In this document: positions 49,723 through 60,004 of the stretch, piece by piece
Numbering within the stretch: position 1 is the first letter of the stretch
Layout of the letters: each line of letters begins with the position of its first letter
Origin: Candidatus Sumerlaeaceae bacterium
GTDB lineage: Bacteria > Sumerlaeota > Sumerlaeia > Sumerlaeales > Sumerlaeaceae
DNA: 64,000 nucleotides
Direction: 5' to 3'
NCBI GenBank assembly: GCA_049968255.1
Contig: JBMFRB010000006.1
Span: 107,572 to 171,571, forward strand
Program-made: the position numbers and the translations under genes
The notes under the pieces: model-generated
Told to the model about the DNA's origin: nothing
Databases searched by the model: none
The model's input: the letters and a program-made list of their open reading frames with translations, nothing else

Positions 49723-50628
49723 TCTCAACCATAATGCTCCTCGTATCATAATCCGGCAAAGTGCATACTCTGTGAGTGGAGAAGCACATGAGCCTCTTGT
49801 TCTCCAAGCCGGTTTCAACGCGCCCTCGCATGCTCTCGCATTTTCGACGGAAACCGCAAGCTGAGCCGACCAGTCGAGATGCCCGGCGGCCAACAGGTTC
49901 GGAATGAAAGCGCCCGACAAATTTAAGAGCTGAAATCATTTTTCGTCTGGCCGATGGCCATGAGACGTATCGAGTGCTAGCGTAAGATTTTGCGCAGGCC
50001 GGGAATCGCTGTTGCTAAACGAAGACATGTTCTGAAACAAATCAGACTCAAGGTTCGACGAAGATTGCGATGGACCAACGCAAGGAAGTTTTGACCCTAG
50101 GCGCCGAAGCGGGATTCCTTTCCGCGCTAGCTTCCACTCCCCTAGCCTGGGCTTCTGCAGGATTAACATCCGCGGAGAAACCTGTTGTCAGCTGCATCAA
50201 GGCGAAAGACCGAAATGCACAAACTTCCCCAAAGAAGTTTGAGAAGCTCGCGGCGACGAAAAAGCAGCAAGCGCAAAGTCCAAGTTCGCCAAAGGCACGA
50301 CGGCGGCAATGAAGTTTCTACTCGTCCCGCTGAGAGTCCCTTGAAGGTCGGCGAGGGCTTCCTGATTTAGCCCCCAAATGTCCGTGTGACAGACATCTAT
50401 TATCAATGTAGTTATGGAGAGACAACCTTGCTGTAAAGAAGCGAATAGCCGTGCCCGCCCCCTGAGCCGCTGAAGCAAAAGTGGAGTTTGCCAAAGCGTA
50501 ACCAGCGATCCATAGGCCCCTTTGACCGATGAGCTTATTCTTAACTGGCGGGATTGCGCTGAAGTCCAGAGCGCGTCGCAAAAGAGCTTGCGCAATTTGA
50601 ATGAGTAGAGGCAGGGACCCAGCGAGGC

Positions 50629-50658
50629 TTGACACGCTAGGCGCATCGCCACGATAAA
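50629..50658 (+). promoter_or_regulatory. candidate sigma70-type promoter upstream of the TMTC-like gene pair
   Basis: TTGACA (50629-50634), 18 nt, GATAAA (50653-50658). Confidence 0.3.
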
Positions 50659-50666
50659 TTGCGACG

Positions 50667-52352
50667 GTGCCGGACACGAAGGCTGACATTGGGGTTATGG
50701 GCGCATCGGGGCCGAAGACTGCCGCCCACCTCTCTACGTTTCCAGAGGCAACTACAGTCAGTAGGGGTATGCGCACCTCTTTGGCGCATGCAACGCTTTG
50801 GCTGGCTGTCCTGGTGGCTTATGCTCCAGTTCTAACCGGGGCTCAACACATCTGGGACGATGAAGCGTTTCTGGGAAATCCATTGTTGCTGAGCCTGAGC
50901 GGACTTTTTCGCGTGTGGTTTGACCCTCGCTCCAACACGTTAGAAGAACATTATTGGCCCGTCACATACACGGTGGCTTATCTCCTTCGCACGGTCTGGG
51001 GCTCAAGTCCTGGGGCTTTTCACATCGTGAACGTTTTGATCCACGCGGGGAACGCATCGCTGGTGTATTCGATCGGCCGGCGGGTGCTTGCTCATCACGC
51101 CTTCTGGGGCGCCCTGCTGTTTGCCCTGCATCCCCTACAGGTCGAATCTGTTGCGTGGATTGTTGAGCTCAAAAACGTTCTGTCGTTTTTCTTGGCCGCG
51201 AGTTCATTTCTTGTGTTTCTCTCGCTCGAAAAGAAACAGACGGGGAAACGGTTGGGCATGGCACTTGGGTGGTCGCTGTTTGTCGCGGCCATGCTTTCAA
51301 AAAGCGCTGTGATCACGTGGCCACTTTGTGCCGGTCTCATCTTGTGGTGTTTGCCCCCCGGCCTTACGAAAACGCGAATCCAGTTCCTGGCGGGTCTGAT
51401 AGTCGCCGCACTGGCAGTGGGTGCATTTGATATGTGGTACGCTTCTGCTAGCAAAAGCGCCGTTCCGCGCTTTTCCATCGCGGAGCGTGTCGCTATCTCA
51501 GGGACTGGGCTGCTGCATTACTTGCGCACCTGGCTGTGGCCCAGCAGCCTCTGCGCAACTTATGCGAAATGGCCCCTAACGCCGCTCGCTTTGACGGTAG
51601 CGGTTTGTGTGGGGATCGTGATGGCAGGGGCTGTCGTTGCGCTCGCACGAAGAGCGTTTCATTCACGAGCGGCGCGGATGGCTTTGGCTTGGCTGGTAGG
51701 AACGCTCGCGCTGCTGGCCCCAACGCTTGGCCTGATTCCGTTCAGCTATCAGCGGCAGTCCTTTGTAGCCGATCGCTTCGCTTATCACGCCAGCGCCATC
51801 TTTCTGCCGGGTGTGGTCGCCATCATGGCTGCTGCATGGGCACGGATGCGATTACCGGCGCGAATAGGCAAAATTGCACTCGTAGTGATCTCTTGTGCGT
51901 TGGCCATTTCAACCTTGCACCGCGCTGCTCTTTATCGAGACGTGGAGTATCTCGCGATCGACACCGCTGAAAAGAATCCTCACGCATGGACGGCTCGCTA
52001 CTATTTGGGCGATGCCCTCGCACGGCGTGGTGATTTCGAGAAGGCAATGCGCGAATTTTCGAGCGTGTTCTGGGGCACGCTAGAGACTTTTGGGCGCGAC
52101 GAAGAGAATCTGCTCCAGCAGCAACTTACAAAAGCTGACGCGCAGGATCTGAGAACCCATTATAATCGGGGCCTTTTAGCCGCCCGACGCGGTCGCACCG
52201 CCGAAGCGAAAGCCTGTTTTGAGAAAGCAAGCATTTTGCCCTTGCTACGCGGCCAGGCTGTTCTGGCTATCGCAGCCATTGAACTAAAAAATGGAGAAAC
52301 CACCAACGCGCTGCGGCGGATACGCGAGCTCTACGGAGGCGCAACAAGATGA
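50667..52352 (+). CDS. TMTC/PMT_2 (DUF1736)-like GT-C membrane protein with C-terminal TPR repeats, paralog 1
   Basis: N-terminus WDDEAFLGNP...EEHYWPVTYT...FHIVNVLIHAGN resembles the first luminal loop of TMTC/PMT-family O-mannosyltransferases. Multi-TM core and C-terminal TPR-like repeats. Start uncertain (GTG 50667, ATG 50697 or ATG 50769). Confidence 0.5.
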   Translation: MPDTKADIGVMGASGPKTAAHLSTFPEATTVSRGMRTSLAHATLWLAVLVAYAPVLTGAQHIWDDEAFLGNPLLLSLSGLFRVWFDPRSNTLEEHYWPVTYTVAYLLRTVWGSSPGAFHIVNVLIHAGNASLVYSIGRRVLAHHAFWGALLFALHPLQVESVAWIVELKNVLSFFLAASSFLVFLSLEKKQTGKRLGMALGWSLFVAAMLSKSAVITWPLCAGLILWCLPPGLTKTRIQFLAGLIVAALAVGAFDMWYASASKSAVPRFSIAERVAISGTGLLHYLRTWLWPSSLCATYAKWPLTPLALTVAVCVGIVMAGAVVALARRAFHSRAARMALAWLVGTLALLAPTLGLIPFSYQRQSFVADRFAYHASAIFLPGVVAIMAAAWARMRLPARIGKIALVVISCALAISTLHRAALYRDVEYLAIDTAEKNPHAWTARYYLGDALARRGDFEKAMREFSSVFWGTLETFGRDEENLLQQQLTKADAQDLRTHYNRGLLAARRGRTAEAKACFEKASILPLLRGQAVLAIAAIELKNGETTNALRRIRELYGGATR

Positions 52353-53998
52353 GCATGCCAAGCCCCGCGACCTCGCCCAGGCACAGTCCGCTGTTGAGCG
52401 CGTTGCTCCGGTGGGGACCACCGCTGACCCTCGTCATTCTCGCGATAGCGGCTCACGCAGTGTCGCTGGGCGGGGGCTTTTTCTGGGATGATTACAGCTT
52501 GGCACAGGGAGACCTCCTCAATCGCCCGCTTGCAGAGTTCTGGAAATATCCGCCCACAATAGCACTTGAAGAACATTATTGGCCAGTGACTTATACAGGA
52601 TTCTGGCTGCTGCATAAGCTTAGCGGCCTTGATCCGTTCACGTTTCGTTTCGCGAACATTTTACTCCATGCGGCTAATGTGCTTTTGGTGTTTCTGTTGC
52701 TGCGCCAACTGCGAATTGGCAGTGCGTGGTTGGGTGCGGCGCTTTTTGCTGTGCATCCCGTACACGTGGAGAGTGTGGCTTGGATTATCGAGCTAAAGGA
52801 TGTCTTGTCTGCTTTCTGGCTACTGCTGGCAACGGTCGCATTCGTTCAACAGAACTCTTTGCAATCGCCTGCGTTGCGTGCAGTTGGCTTGATAGCGGCG
52901 GGCACCCTTTATGTGTTAGCAGTGTGGAGCAAGACGGTGGCGATTGGGTGGCCAGTTGCCATGGGAGTTCTCTTGGCTGCATACCTGCCTGACCGAATCA
53001 AAAAACATGACATTGCCTTGACGGTCTACGTTTTCCTCGGAGCGATTCTGCTGTGGCTCGACTTGAGGGTGACCGCTCGTGTGGCTCATGCCACGATTTC
53101 ACTCTCAGCAGTCGAACGCCTCGAACTGGTAGGACGGACTTTTTGGTGGTATGTGGCTAAGCTCATCTGGCCCGTTCCTCTGCTTGCCCTTTATCCGCGT
53201 TGGCAACTCGGCGGCAGTAGTTTTACGCACTTTTGGCCGAGCGTGGCCTTGTTCGCGGCAGCAGGCGGTGCGACAATTTGCTGGTTTCGTTTGCCAAGCG
53301 CTCGCCCGCTCGTGGCATGGCTGGTATGGTTCGTCATTTTTCTTGGGCCGACATTAGGAATCATCCCCCACAGCTTCATGGTTCATTCCTTCGTTGCGGA
53401 CCGTTACCTCTATCTGGCGTCCATGGCACCGTGTGCTTTGGCGGCGATGGGATACACATATGTTTCAAAACGCTACGCTGGCCAGCGCTTACTAAGGTTG
53501 AAACTCGCTGGGTTTGCAGCAGTTGTTCTCACAATTTATTTTTCGCTTAGCATGATGCATTCGGCACTTTATGCGCAACCGACGAAACTTCTCCGACACA
53601 CACTGGCGCATAATCCCAACGCCGCCAATCTCCTGGTGATGCTGGGTGCGACGCTTGCGCAACGCGGTGAGCTAGAGGAGTCTGCCCAGTGTTTCCGTAA
53701 AGCGAAGACGTTGGCTCCCGACGAACTCGCGGCGCGAGCCAATCTTGCGGTGATAAGCTGGCAGCTGGGTGACGTAGAAACCGCGCTGGAGGAGACTTCG
53801 GCTGTTCTTGGTGTTTTGCCCCGTCACTCATTGAGCTGGTCCGTGTATGCGGCTGCTCTGGCGGCAAAAGGCAAGACCGAGGAAGCCCAACGAGCGGCAC
53901 GCCGTGCCCTCGAGCTCAATCCGGAGCAACAGTTGGCGCGCAAGGTCCTGCAAGGCGAAATCACAACTGCACCTTTGCCGAAACGGCGCAAAAACTAG
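52349..53998 (+). CDS. TMTC/PMT_2 (DUF1736)-like GT-C membrane protein with C-terminal TPR repeats, paralog 2
   Basis: FWDDYSLAQG...EEHYWPVTYTGFWLL...FANILLHAANVLLVF is paralogous to the upstream gene. Overlaps it by 4 nt (ATGA). C-terminal TPR repeats. Confidence 0.5.
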   Translation: MSMPSPATSPRHSPLLSALLRWGPPLTLVILAIAAHAVSLGGGFFWDDYSLAQGDLLNRPLAEFWKYPPTIALEEHYWPVTYTGFWLLHKLSGLDPFTFRFANILLHAANVLLVFLLLRQLRIGSAWLGAALFAVHPVHVESVAWIIELKDVLSAFWLLLATVAFVQQNSLQSPALRAVGLIAAGTLYVLAVWSKTVAIGWPVAMGVLLAAYLPDRIKKHDIALTVYVFLGAILLWLDLRVTARVAHATISLSAVERLELVGRTFWWYVAKLIWPVPLLALYPRWQLGGSSFTHFWPSVALFAAAGGATICWFRLPSARPLVAWLVWFVIFLGPTLGIIPHSFMVHSFVADRYLYLASMAPCALAAMGYTYVSKRYAGQRLLRLKLAGFAAVVLTIYFSLSMMHSALYAQPTKLLRHTLAHNPNAANLLVMLGATLAQRGELEESAQCFRKAKTLAPDELAARANLAVISWQLGDVETALEETSAVLGVLPRHSLSWSVYAAALAAKGKTEEAQRAARRALELNPEQQLARKVLQGEITTAPLPKRRKN

Positions 53999-54786
53999 TT
54001 GCGAAAAAGAAGCATCTTGAGGGTCTCATACACGGTGCGAAGCAGAGGCAGTTTGCTGCGGCCACGCTTGCGGTCGTAGCGCAACACGAATGGGACCTCC
54101 GTCATCCGCTTGGTAAGAGTGCTGAGATGAACCAGGAGTTCGTCGGTGCAGGCAAACCCTTTGCGCGTGACAATACGTTCCCCATACTTGTCGTAGGCTG
54201 CGCGCAAAAGCGCCGCACGATATGCGCGATAGCCGCATGTGTAATCGGTGACATCGGGAAGACGCAAAAAAACGCGAAACAACCAACGGGCGCCACGGCT
54301 GAGAAGTCTTCGCTGCCAAGGCACGCCTAGCTCTTGGCTACCATCGCGAAATCGTGAAGCAATGACAACATCATAAGGGCCGTCCCACAGTTTTTTCACC
54401 ATGTTTGGCACGTAGGCAGGATCGTGTGTGTTGTCCGCATCCATAAACACAATAGCGTCGTCTGGGGTTGCGACGCGTTCAAGGGCTGCCACAATAAGCG
54501 TGCGAATTGCGGCGCCCAGCCCACGATTGCCTTCATGGGCAATCCGTTCTAAGGGAAGAGATTTTTGCAGATCGGCGAGCACCTGGGCCGTATGATCCGT
54601 CGAGCCGTCGTCAACAACGACGACACGGTAGTGAAGTCCTTCATTAGCGAAGATTTGTGCTGCCGCTTCGATGAGCGGCCGGAGATTATCGCCTTCATTG
54701 TAGGCTGGTAACGCCAAAATCACCTGCGGGCGCCGCACAGCACCCGAAACGGGATCGTAGTGGTGGGGACGCGCCGTCGGGTTCAC
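53995..54786 (-). CDS. GT2 polyprenyl-phosphate sugar synthase (Dpm1/GtrB/ArnC-like)
   Basis: VILALPAYNEGDNL...VVVVDDGSTDHT...EGNRGLGAAIRT...VFMDADNTHDP. Start reassigned to GTG 54786, which overlaps the patatin stop as GTGA. Confidence 0.7.
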   Translation of the reverse strand: MNPTARPHHYDPVSGAVRRPQVILALPAYNEGDNLRPLIEAAAQIFANEGLHYRVVVVDDGSTDHTAQVLADLQKSLPLERIAHEGNRGLGAAIRTLIVAALERVATPDDAIVFMDADNTHDPAYVPNMVKKLWDGPYDVVIASRFRDGSQELGVPWQRRLLSRGARWLFRVFLRLPDVTDYTCGYRAYRAALLRAAYDKYGERIVTRKGFACTDELLVHLSTLTKRMTEVPFVLRYDRKRGRSKLPLLRTVYETLKMLLFRN

Positions 54787-56105
54787 TCGCCAAACACTGC
54801 CTGAATGATCTCGGCGCGATGCGCTTTCACAATTTCTTCCGCCGCACAAAGAATGCGATACCAGTCCATCTCGGAAATGTAGAGCTGGGGCATCGGATCG
54901 AGTCCTTGAGCATGAGGTGACTCCCACAGCGGCAGGCGCACCACGCGGATGCGCGGCGTGGCGTTGTACATGAGGAAGGCCAGGGTTTGAGAGCGGCTGC
55001 CCTGAATGAAGTTTGCATGTTCGGCATATTTAGCCGATCCTACATAGCCGTTGGGGTCTTTGAGCCGTTTGGGCACCAATGGTGCAGAGGCATCAAGCGC
55101 AATAACGACGAGCCTCGAGTTTTCACGTGCGGCACGCGCCATGAATAATTGCACGAGGCTGTCCACACCGCTGTTGTCCGAAACGCCACCATCGGCGATG
55201 TGAACGTAGCCGCCCGTTGCATAGTTGCGGATGGTGAGTGGCCCGGGGAGAACAGGGAATGCGCTGGATGCTGCAACAGCGCTGGCGATGCGAAAGCTCG
55301 ATATGTCCGAATTAATCCCGTCGAAGCCCAACGCACGGTAGCTTGGCGAGGTCATGGCAGTGGCAAGGATTCCAAGGATGGGGTCGTTTTGGAAGAGCTG
55401 CGGTCTCACGCTAAAATTCTTCGCGACCTCAAGGTTTGTGAACACAAACCGCTCTCCGGTGTCGAGAACGGTTCCGTTAATGAGCGTGACCGGAGCTTCG
55501 CCTGCTGCCTCGCGGCGCGCAAGATCGCCAAATGTTTGACCGAGGAACAGATGCTCGTCGAAGGTATTCGCGAGCGTCTGGGCAAACCGGTAGCGCGTGT
55601 AGTATTTGAGGACCCCTTCCCAAGGATGGCTAAGGTAATGAGCCCAGCCACGCATCCAGAAATCTACTGTCATGTGCGACTTAAACTGGCGGAAGAACGC
55701 TTCCTTCTCCTGAGGATTGCGGAAACGCGAAGGCTTGTAGAGTGCGTAATAGGCAGCTGCCATGCTTCCCGCAGAGACGCCAGAAATCACTTCAGCTCGT
55801 TCGAGGACGGACTGTGATTCGGCCCGCGGCAGATAGGCCAATTGCTCCATGGCACCGGCCGCAAAGACTGCTGAGCGTGTGCCACCGCCGCTAATGGCGA
55901 TGCAGACGTTGACCGGTTTGTTCATTACGGGTGGCTGAGGCGGTCGCTTGTAGCCCGGTGCGTTGTCGAAGACGAAAAAGGGGATGGTTCCAAAGTGCCA
56001 GCGAAACTGATCGAGTCGGTCGCCAAGCATGACACAGCCGGCCAGCAGCGACGCAATCGTCAGTGCCGCCGCGAATTTGGGTAACGTTGTCGCATGCATC
56101 TTCAC
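54783..56105 (-). CDS. patatin-like phospholipase
   Basis: Oxyanion motif ISGGGTRSAVFAAG, nucleophile elbow GVSAGSMAA and the Asp in ADGGVSDNSG. N-terminal signal/TM. Confidence 0.8.
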   Translation of the reverse strand: MKMHATTLPKFAAALTIASLLAGCVMLGDRLDQFRWHFGTIPFFVFDNAPGYKRPPQPPVMNKPVNVCIAISGGGTRSAVFAAGAMEQLAYLPRAESQSVLERAEVISGVSAGSMAAAYYALYKPSRFRNPQEKEAFFRQFKSHMTVDFWMRGWAHYLSHPWEGVLKYYTRYRFAQTLANTFDEHLFLGQTFGDLARREAAGEAPVTLINGTVLDTGERFVFTNLEVAKNFSVRPQLFQNDPILGILATAMTSPSYRALGFDGINSDISSFRIASAVAASSAFPVLPGPLTIRNYATGGYVHIADGGVSDNSGVDSLVQLFMARAARENSRLVVIALDASAPLVPKRLKDPNGYVGSAKYAEHANFIQGSRSQTLAFLMYNATPRIRVVRLPLWESPHAQGLDPMPQLYISEMDWYRILCAAEEIVKAHRAEIIQAVFGE

Positions 56106-56349
56106 AGGGGCAAAACCCTTTTTTCGCTAGAGTCACTCACACAAGTTGTTTCTGACATGTAGCAAGAGACTTCCCTAACGCAAACGGAAAAAGTTCGCAG
56201 CTAAACCCGCTCTCAGGACAAATAGGGATCGCATGAAGAAATTTGCTTGCGTCGCACTGAGAATTCACGTCGCTCGTGGGTGTTAGCAAAACCCGACTGA
56301 ACGCTGCGCCGCGGGCGCGAATTGCATTTTCCAGGAGAAGGCACCAATC

Positions 56350-57810
56350 GTGGGTAACGAGAAACAGTTTGTTCAAGAGATCACACCGAAATCTCAGGAT
56401 TTTTCTGAGTGGTACGTGGATGTGGTCCGCAAGGCCGAGCTTGCGGATTATACGACGATCAAAGGCTGCATGGTCATCAAACCCTACGGTTTTGCCCTTT
56501 GGGAAAACCTCCGCGACGCTTTGGATAAGCGGATTAAGGCCACGGGCCACAAGAATGCCTATTTCCCTCTGTTTGTGCCGGAGTCGCTGCTGAAGAAGGA
56601 GGCGGCCCATGTGGAGGGATTTGCGCCGGAAGTGGCGTGGGTCACCCATGGCGGGAACGAACCGCTTGAGGAGCGGCTCGCTATTCGTCCGACTTCCGAA
56701 GCCATCATCTGTTCGATTTATGCAAAGTGGGTGCAGAGCTACCGCGATCTTCCTATTCTCATCAACCAGTGGGCGAACGTCGTGCGCTGGGAGAAGGTGA
56801 CACGCTTGTTTCTTCGAACAACGGAATTCTTGTGGCAGGAGGGGCACACTTGTCACCGCACGATGGAAGAGGCGCAGGAAGAAACTCTCTTGATGCTGCG
56901 CGTTTATCAGGAGTTCGCAGAAACCGAGCTGGCTATGCCAGTGATTGCGGGACAAAAGACCGAAAATGAGAAATTCCCTGGCGCGCTATACACCTATTCG
57001 ATCGAAGCCATGATGGGCGATGGTAAGGCACTGCAGGCGGGCACATCGCACAACCTCGGCCAGCACTTTTCGAAGATGTTTGAGATCATGTTTGAGGACG
57101 AGGACCACGTGCGCAAATTTGTTTGGCAGACTTCCTGGGGCGTGAGCACGCGACTCGTGGGCGGTGTGATCATGACGCACGGTGATGATCATGGGCTGAT
57201 TCTCCCTCCGCGAATCGCACCAACGCAGGTGATCGTGATTCCAATTTTCCAGGCAGCCACGCGGGATGCCGTGGTGGCAAAAGCCACCGAGCTGCAGCAG
57301 CAGCTCAGCAAAATTTGCCGCTGCGACATTGATGCGCGCGATCAGTACACGCCTGGCTGGAAGTTCAATGAGTACGAATTGCGCGGGGTCCCGCTGCGGC
57401 TCGAGTTGGGGCCAAAAGATTTAGCAAAAGAGCAATGTGTGCTAGTGCGGCGCGACACCCGGGAGAAGTTGTTCTGCCCGCTCAGCGAACTGGAAAACCG
57501 CATTCCTGCGCTTCTTGCGCAGATCCAAAAGGACATGCTTGAGCGCGCTCGTGTTTTCCGGGACGAAAATACCCGCACCGTGACCAATTACGAGGAGTTC
57601 AGGCAGGTGATGGAAGACAAGCGAGGATTTATTTTCGCGCCTTGGTGCGGGGATGGCGAGTGTGAGCTCAAGGTGAAGGAGGAGACGAAAGCGACTATCC
57701 GGTGCCTGCCCCTGGACGATGATAATCGCGTGGTGGAAGCCACGGAAGGCGTCTGCGTGCGGTGTGGCGCACCGGCCAAATACAACGTGTACTTCGCACG
57801 TGCATACTAG
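56350..57810 (+). CDS. proS: proline--tRNA ligase (archaeal/eukaryotic-type class II)
   Basis: N-terminus FSEWYVDVVRKAELADYTTIKGCMVIKPYGFALWE, class II motifs and C-terminal zinc-binding CxxC. 486 aa. Confidence 0.9.
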   Translation: MGNEKQFVQEITPKSQDFSEWYVDVVRKAELADYTTIKGCMVIKPYGFALWENLRDALDKRIKATGHKNAYFPLFVPESLLKKEAAHVEGFAPEVAWVTHGGNEPLEERLAIRPTSEAIICSIYAKWVQSYRDLPILINQWANVVRWEKVTRLFLRTTEFLWQEGHTCHRTMEEAQEETLLMLRVYQEFAETELAMPVIAGQKTENEKFPGALYTYSIEAMMGDGKALQAGTSHNLGQHFSKMFEIMFEDEDHVRKFVWQTSWGVSTRLVGGVIMTHGDDHGLILPPRIAPTQVIVIPIFQAATRDAVVAKATELQQQLSKICRCDIDARDQYTPGWKFNEYELRGVPLRLELGPKDLAKEQCVLVRRDTREKLFCPLSELENRIPALLAQIQKDMLERARVFRDENTRTVTNYEEFRQVMEDKRGFIFAPWCGDGECELKVKEETKATIRCLPLDDDNRVVEATEGVCVRCGAPAKYNVYFARAY

Positions 57811-58986
57811 GTGAGCATAAAGGCACCGGCGATGGCGGAGAGACCAGCACATCCCTGGCGGGTGTTGGAACTTGCCTCCACCTCGGACATGGGCGGCACT
57901 GAACGCATGATCCTGTTCTTGGTCGAGCATCTTGACCGCGAGCAATTTGAACCTTTCGTGGGATGCATGCAAGGCAAGGGGGAGCTCCTCCGACGGGCTC
58001 AGGCAGCTGGTGTGCCAGCATGTCACTTCGGTCGCCAGAACAGGCTTTCGGCGCGGGGAGCGTGGGAGCTCTTGCGCTTCCTCCGGCGCCACAAAATTGA
58101 CCTTGTGCAGACCTACGGGCTACGCGCGGACACCATCGGGCGTGTCGTTGCTAAACTGGCGGGCGTGCCCGTCATTGTTTCGAGTATCCGCTCCATTGAT
58201 CCCTGGCGGCGGTGGTGGCATGTCTGGCTCGACCGCCTGACCGCACCGCTCGTTGATAAATTTATATCAAACAGCGAGGCGGGCCGTCAGGCCACAATCC
58301 AGCGAGAGAAATTTGCCCCTTCGCGCATTGAGGTCATTTACAGCGGCATTCCTGCCCGCGAGATTCCGTTCGGGCGGCGCGAAGAAATTCGGGCGAATCT
58401 TGGCGTAGGTTGCGCCGCTTATCCTGTGGTTGGCATTTTAGCAAATTTACGAGAAATGAAAGGACACCGCGACGTCATTGAGGCGCTGCCCAAAATCCTT
58501 GCCGAGTTCCCACAGACGATTTTTCTCTTTGCCGGACGCGACGATAGTGACGGCGCTATCGAGCGCACGGCCCAGCAGAAAGGAGTGGCTCACGCTATTC
58601 GCTTCCTTGGCTACGTGGAAGACACTCCGACTCTCCTGGCTGCGATAGACATCTTCTGTCTCCCAAGTCATTGGGAGGGACTGCCAGCTGCAGTGCTCGA
58701 AGCAATGCACGCGGGCCTGCCCATTGTCACGACGCGCGTGGGGGGCATTCCAGAGCTCGTCCGCCACGGGCACGAAGCTCTGCTCATCGAGCCAAGAAAC
58801 CCGCAACAACTTGCGGGTGCCATTTGCGAGCTGGCCCGCAATCGCGAGTTAGCTGCGCAATTATCAGAAGCAGCGAAGGCGCGCGCCGTGGCCGAATTTT
58901 CGATCGAGGCTATGGTGAAAAAAACGGCGGAGATTTACCACACACTGTTGCAGCAAAAGACGGGCGCGCCACATGCACGGCGATGA
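57811..58986 (+). CDS. glycosyltransferase family 4 (GT-B)
   Basis: C-terminal EGLPAAVLEAMHAGLPIVTTRVGGIPELV motif. Start may be the internal MAERP (57832). Confidence 0.8.
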   Translation: MSIKAPAMAERPAHPWRVLELASTSDMGGTERMILFLVEHLDREQFEPFVGCMQGKGELLRRAQAAGVPACHFGRQNRLSARGAWELLRFLRRHKIDLVQTYGLRADTIGRVVAKLAGVPVIVSSIRSIDPWRRWWHVWLDRLTAPLVDKFISNSEAGRQATIQREKFAPSRIEVIYSGIPAREIPFGRREEIRANLGVGCAAYPVVGILANLREMKGHRDVIEALPKILAEFPQTIFLFAGRDDSDGAIERTAQQKGVAHAIRFLGYVEDTPTLLAAIDIFCLPSHWEGLPAAVLEAMHAGLPIVTTRVGGIPELVRHGHEALLIEPRNPQQLAGAICELARNRELAAQLSEAAKARAVAEFSIEAMVKKTAEIYHTLLQQKTGAPHARR

Positions 58987-59079
58987 GGGTTGCGGGCATG
59001 CGGATGCGCTGAGGCACCAGCTGCGCAGCTGCGTTCGGGGCAAGCTGAACATGAGAATAATATGGAGGAAGGCTTACCG

Positions 59080-59394
59080 ATGCTTGCTGAGTTCTCAATC
59101 GCTCCCCTATTGGGCCATGAAGAACATCTATCTGGGCCGGTGGCCGAAATGCTGAAGATTGTGGACGAGAGCGGCCTGCCATACGAACTTCACGCCATGG
59201 GCACAATCATCGAAGGCGAATGGAATGAAGTCATGCCCGTGATTGAGAAGTGCTATCGCTACATGAGCGAACGCTTCCCACGGGTGAGTGTGATCATCAA
59301 AATTGACGATGCACGGGGCAGGACGGGACGGTTGCGCGGCAAGGTTGAGAGTGTGGAGCGGCTCGTCGGCAAGGCGCTACGTCGGGCGTCGTAG
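59080..59394 (+). CDS. MTH1187/YkoF (DUF77) family protein
   Basis: MLAEFSIAPL...GPVAEMLKIVDESGLPYELHAMGTIIEGEW matches the YkoF-like fold signature. Start at ATG 59080 after GGAGGAAGG. Confidence 0.6.
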   Translation: MLAEFSIAPLLGHEEHLSGPVAEMLKIVDESGLPYELHAMGTIIEGEWNEVMPVIEKCYRYMSERFPRVSVIIKIDDARGRTGRLRGKVESVERLVGKALRRAS

Positions 59395-59536
59395 CCGGTG
59401 CTGTCGTTGCCAGCTTTGGAGGGACGAGATGGGTCCCCTTCTGTGCCCGAGCGCAATTCTCTTTGACTAAGAGAAAGAAAAGTCTCCAGCTTGTGTTGAA
59501 GACGGAATGATCTCAGAAGAGAGGCGGTCGCCTGCA

Positions 59537-59824
59537 ATGACAAAACAGGAAGTAGCAAATCTGTTATGCAAGAAAACCGGTTTGAGCCAGAAACAGGGGC
59601 GGGAGGCCGTGGAAATTTTTCTTTCCGCGATTAAGGATGCGCTCAAGGCAGGTGAAAAAGTTTCGCTTGTGGATTTCGGCACCTTCCAACTCAAGGCGCG
59701 GCGAGCTCGTCGCGCACGCAAGCCCGGAACAGGCGAGCAGTTTGTCGTGCCCCCCAAAGCGGTGGTCATTTTCAAGCCTGGAAGAAAGTTCCGGGAACTG
59801 GTGGCAAAAACGACAAGCTCGTAA
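59537..59824 (+). CDS. hup: HU family DNA-binding protein
   Basis: MTKQEVANLL...GEKVSLVDFGTFQLKARRARRARKPGTGEQFVVPPKAVVIFKPGRKF. Confidence 0.85.
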   Translation: MTKQEVANLLCKKTGLSQKQGREAVEIFLSAIKDALKAGEKVSLVDFGTFQLKARRARRARKPGTGEQFVVPPKAVVIFKPGRKFRELVAKTTSS

Positions 59825-60004
59825 AGGATCTTGCTTGCTGCTGGCCCGACGAAGAGCGCCGGCAAGTTGCTACGACTGGCACACATTTTTAGGGGGCTAA
59901 GCCAGGAGCCTTTCTTCGTCGTCAGCGAGAAATAATGATGAATCCGCAGAGGAAAATTGGCAGCCCCTTTTCGCTCTGCAACTTTACGGCGTGTCAAGGT
60001 TCCA

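Noticed and set aside
50070-50312. 80-aa Lys/Ala/Ser-rich ORF in the 1-kb gap
   Set aside because: No RBS and a low-complexity composition. Kept only as part of the non-coding-gap finding.
56137-56955. 272-aa minus-strand ORF
   Set aside because: Lies fully antisense to the strongly supported proS coding region and upstream region. No motif and no RBS. Treated as a spurious shadow ORF.
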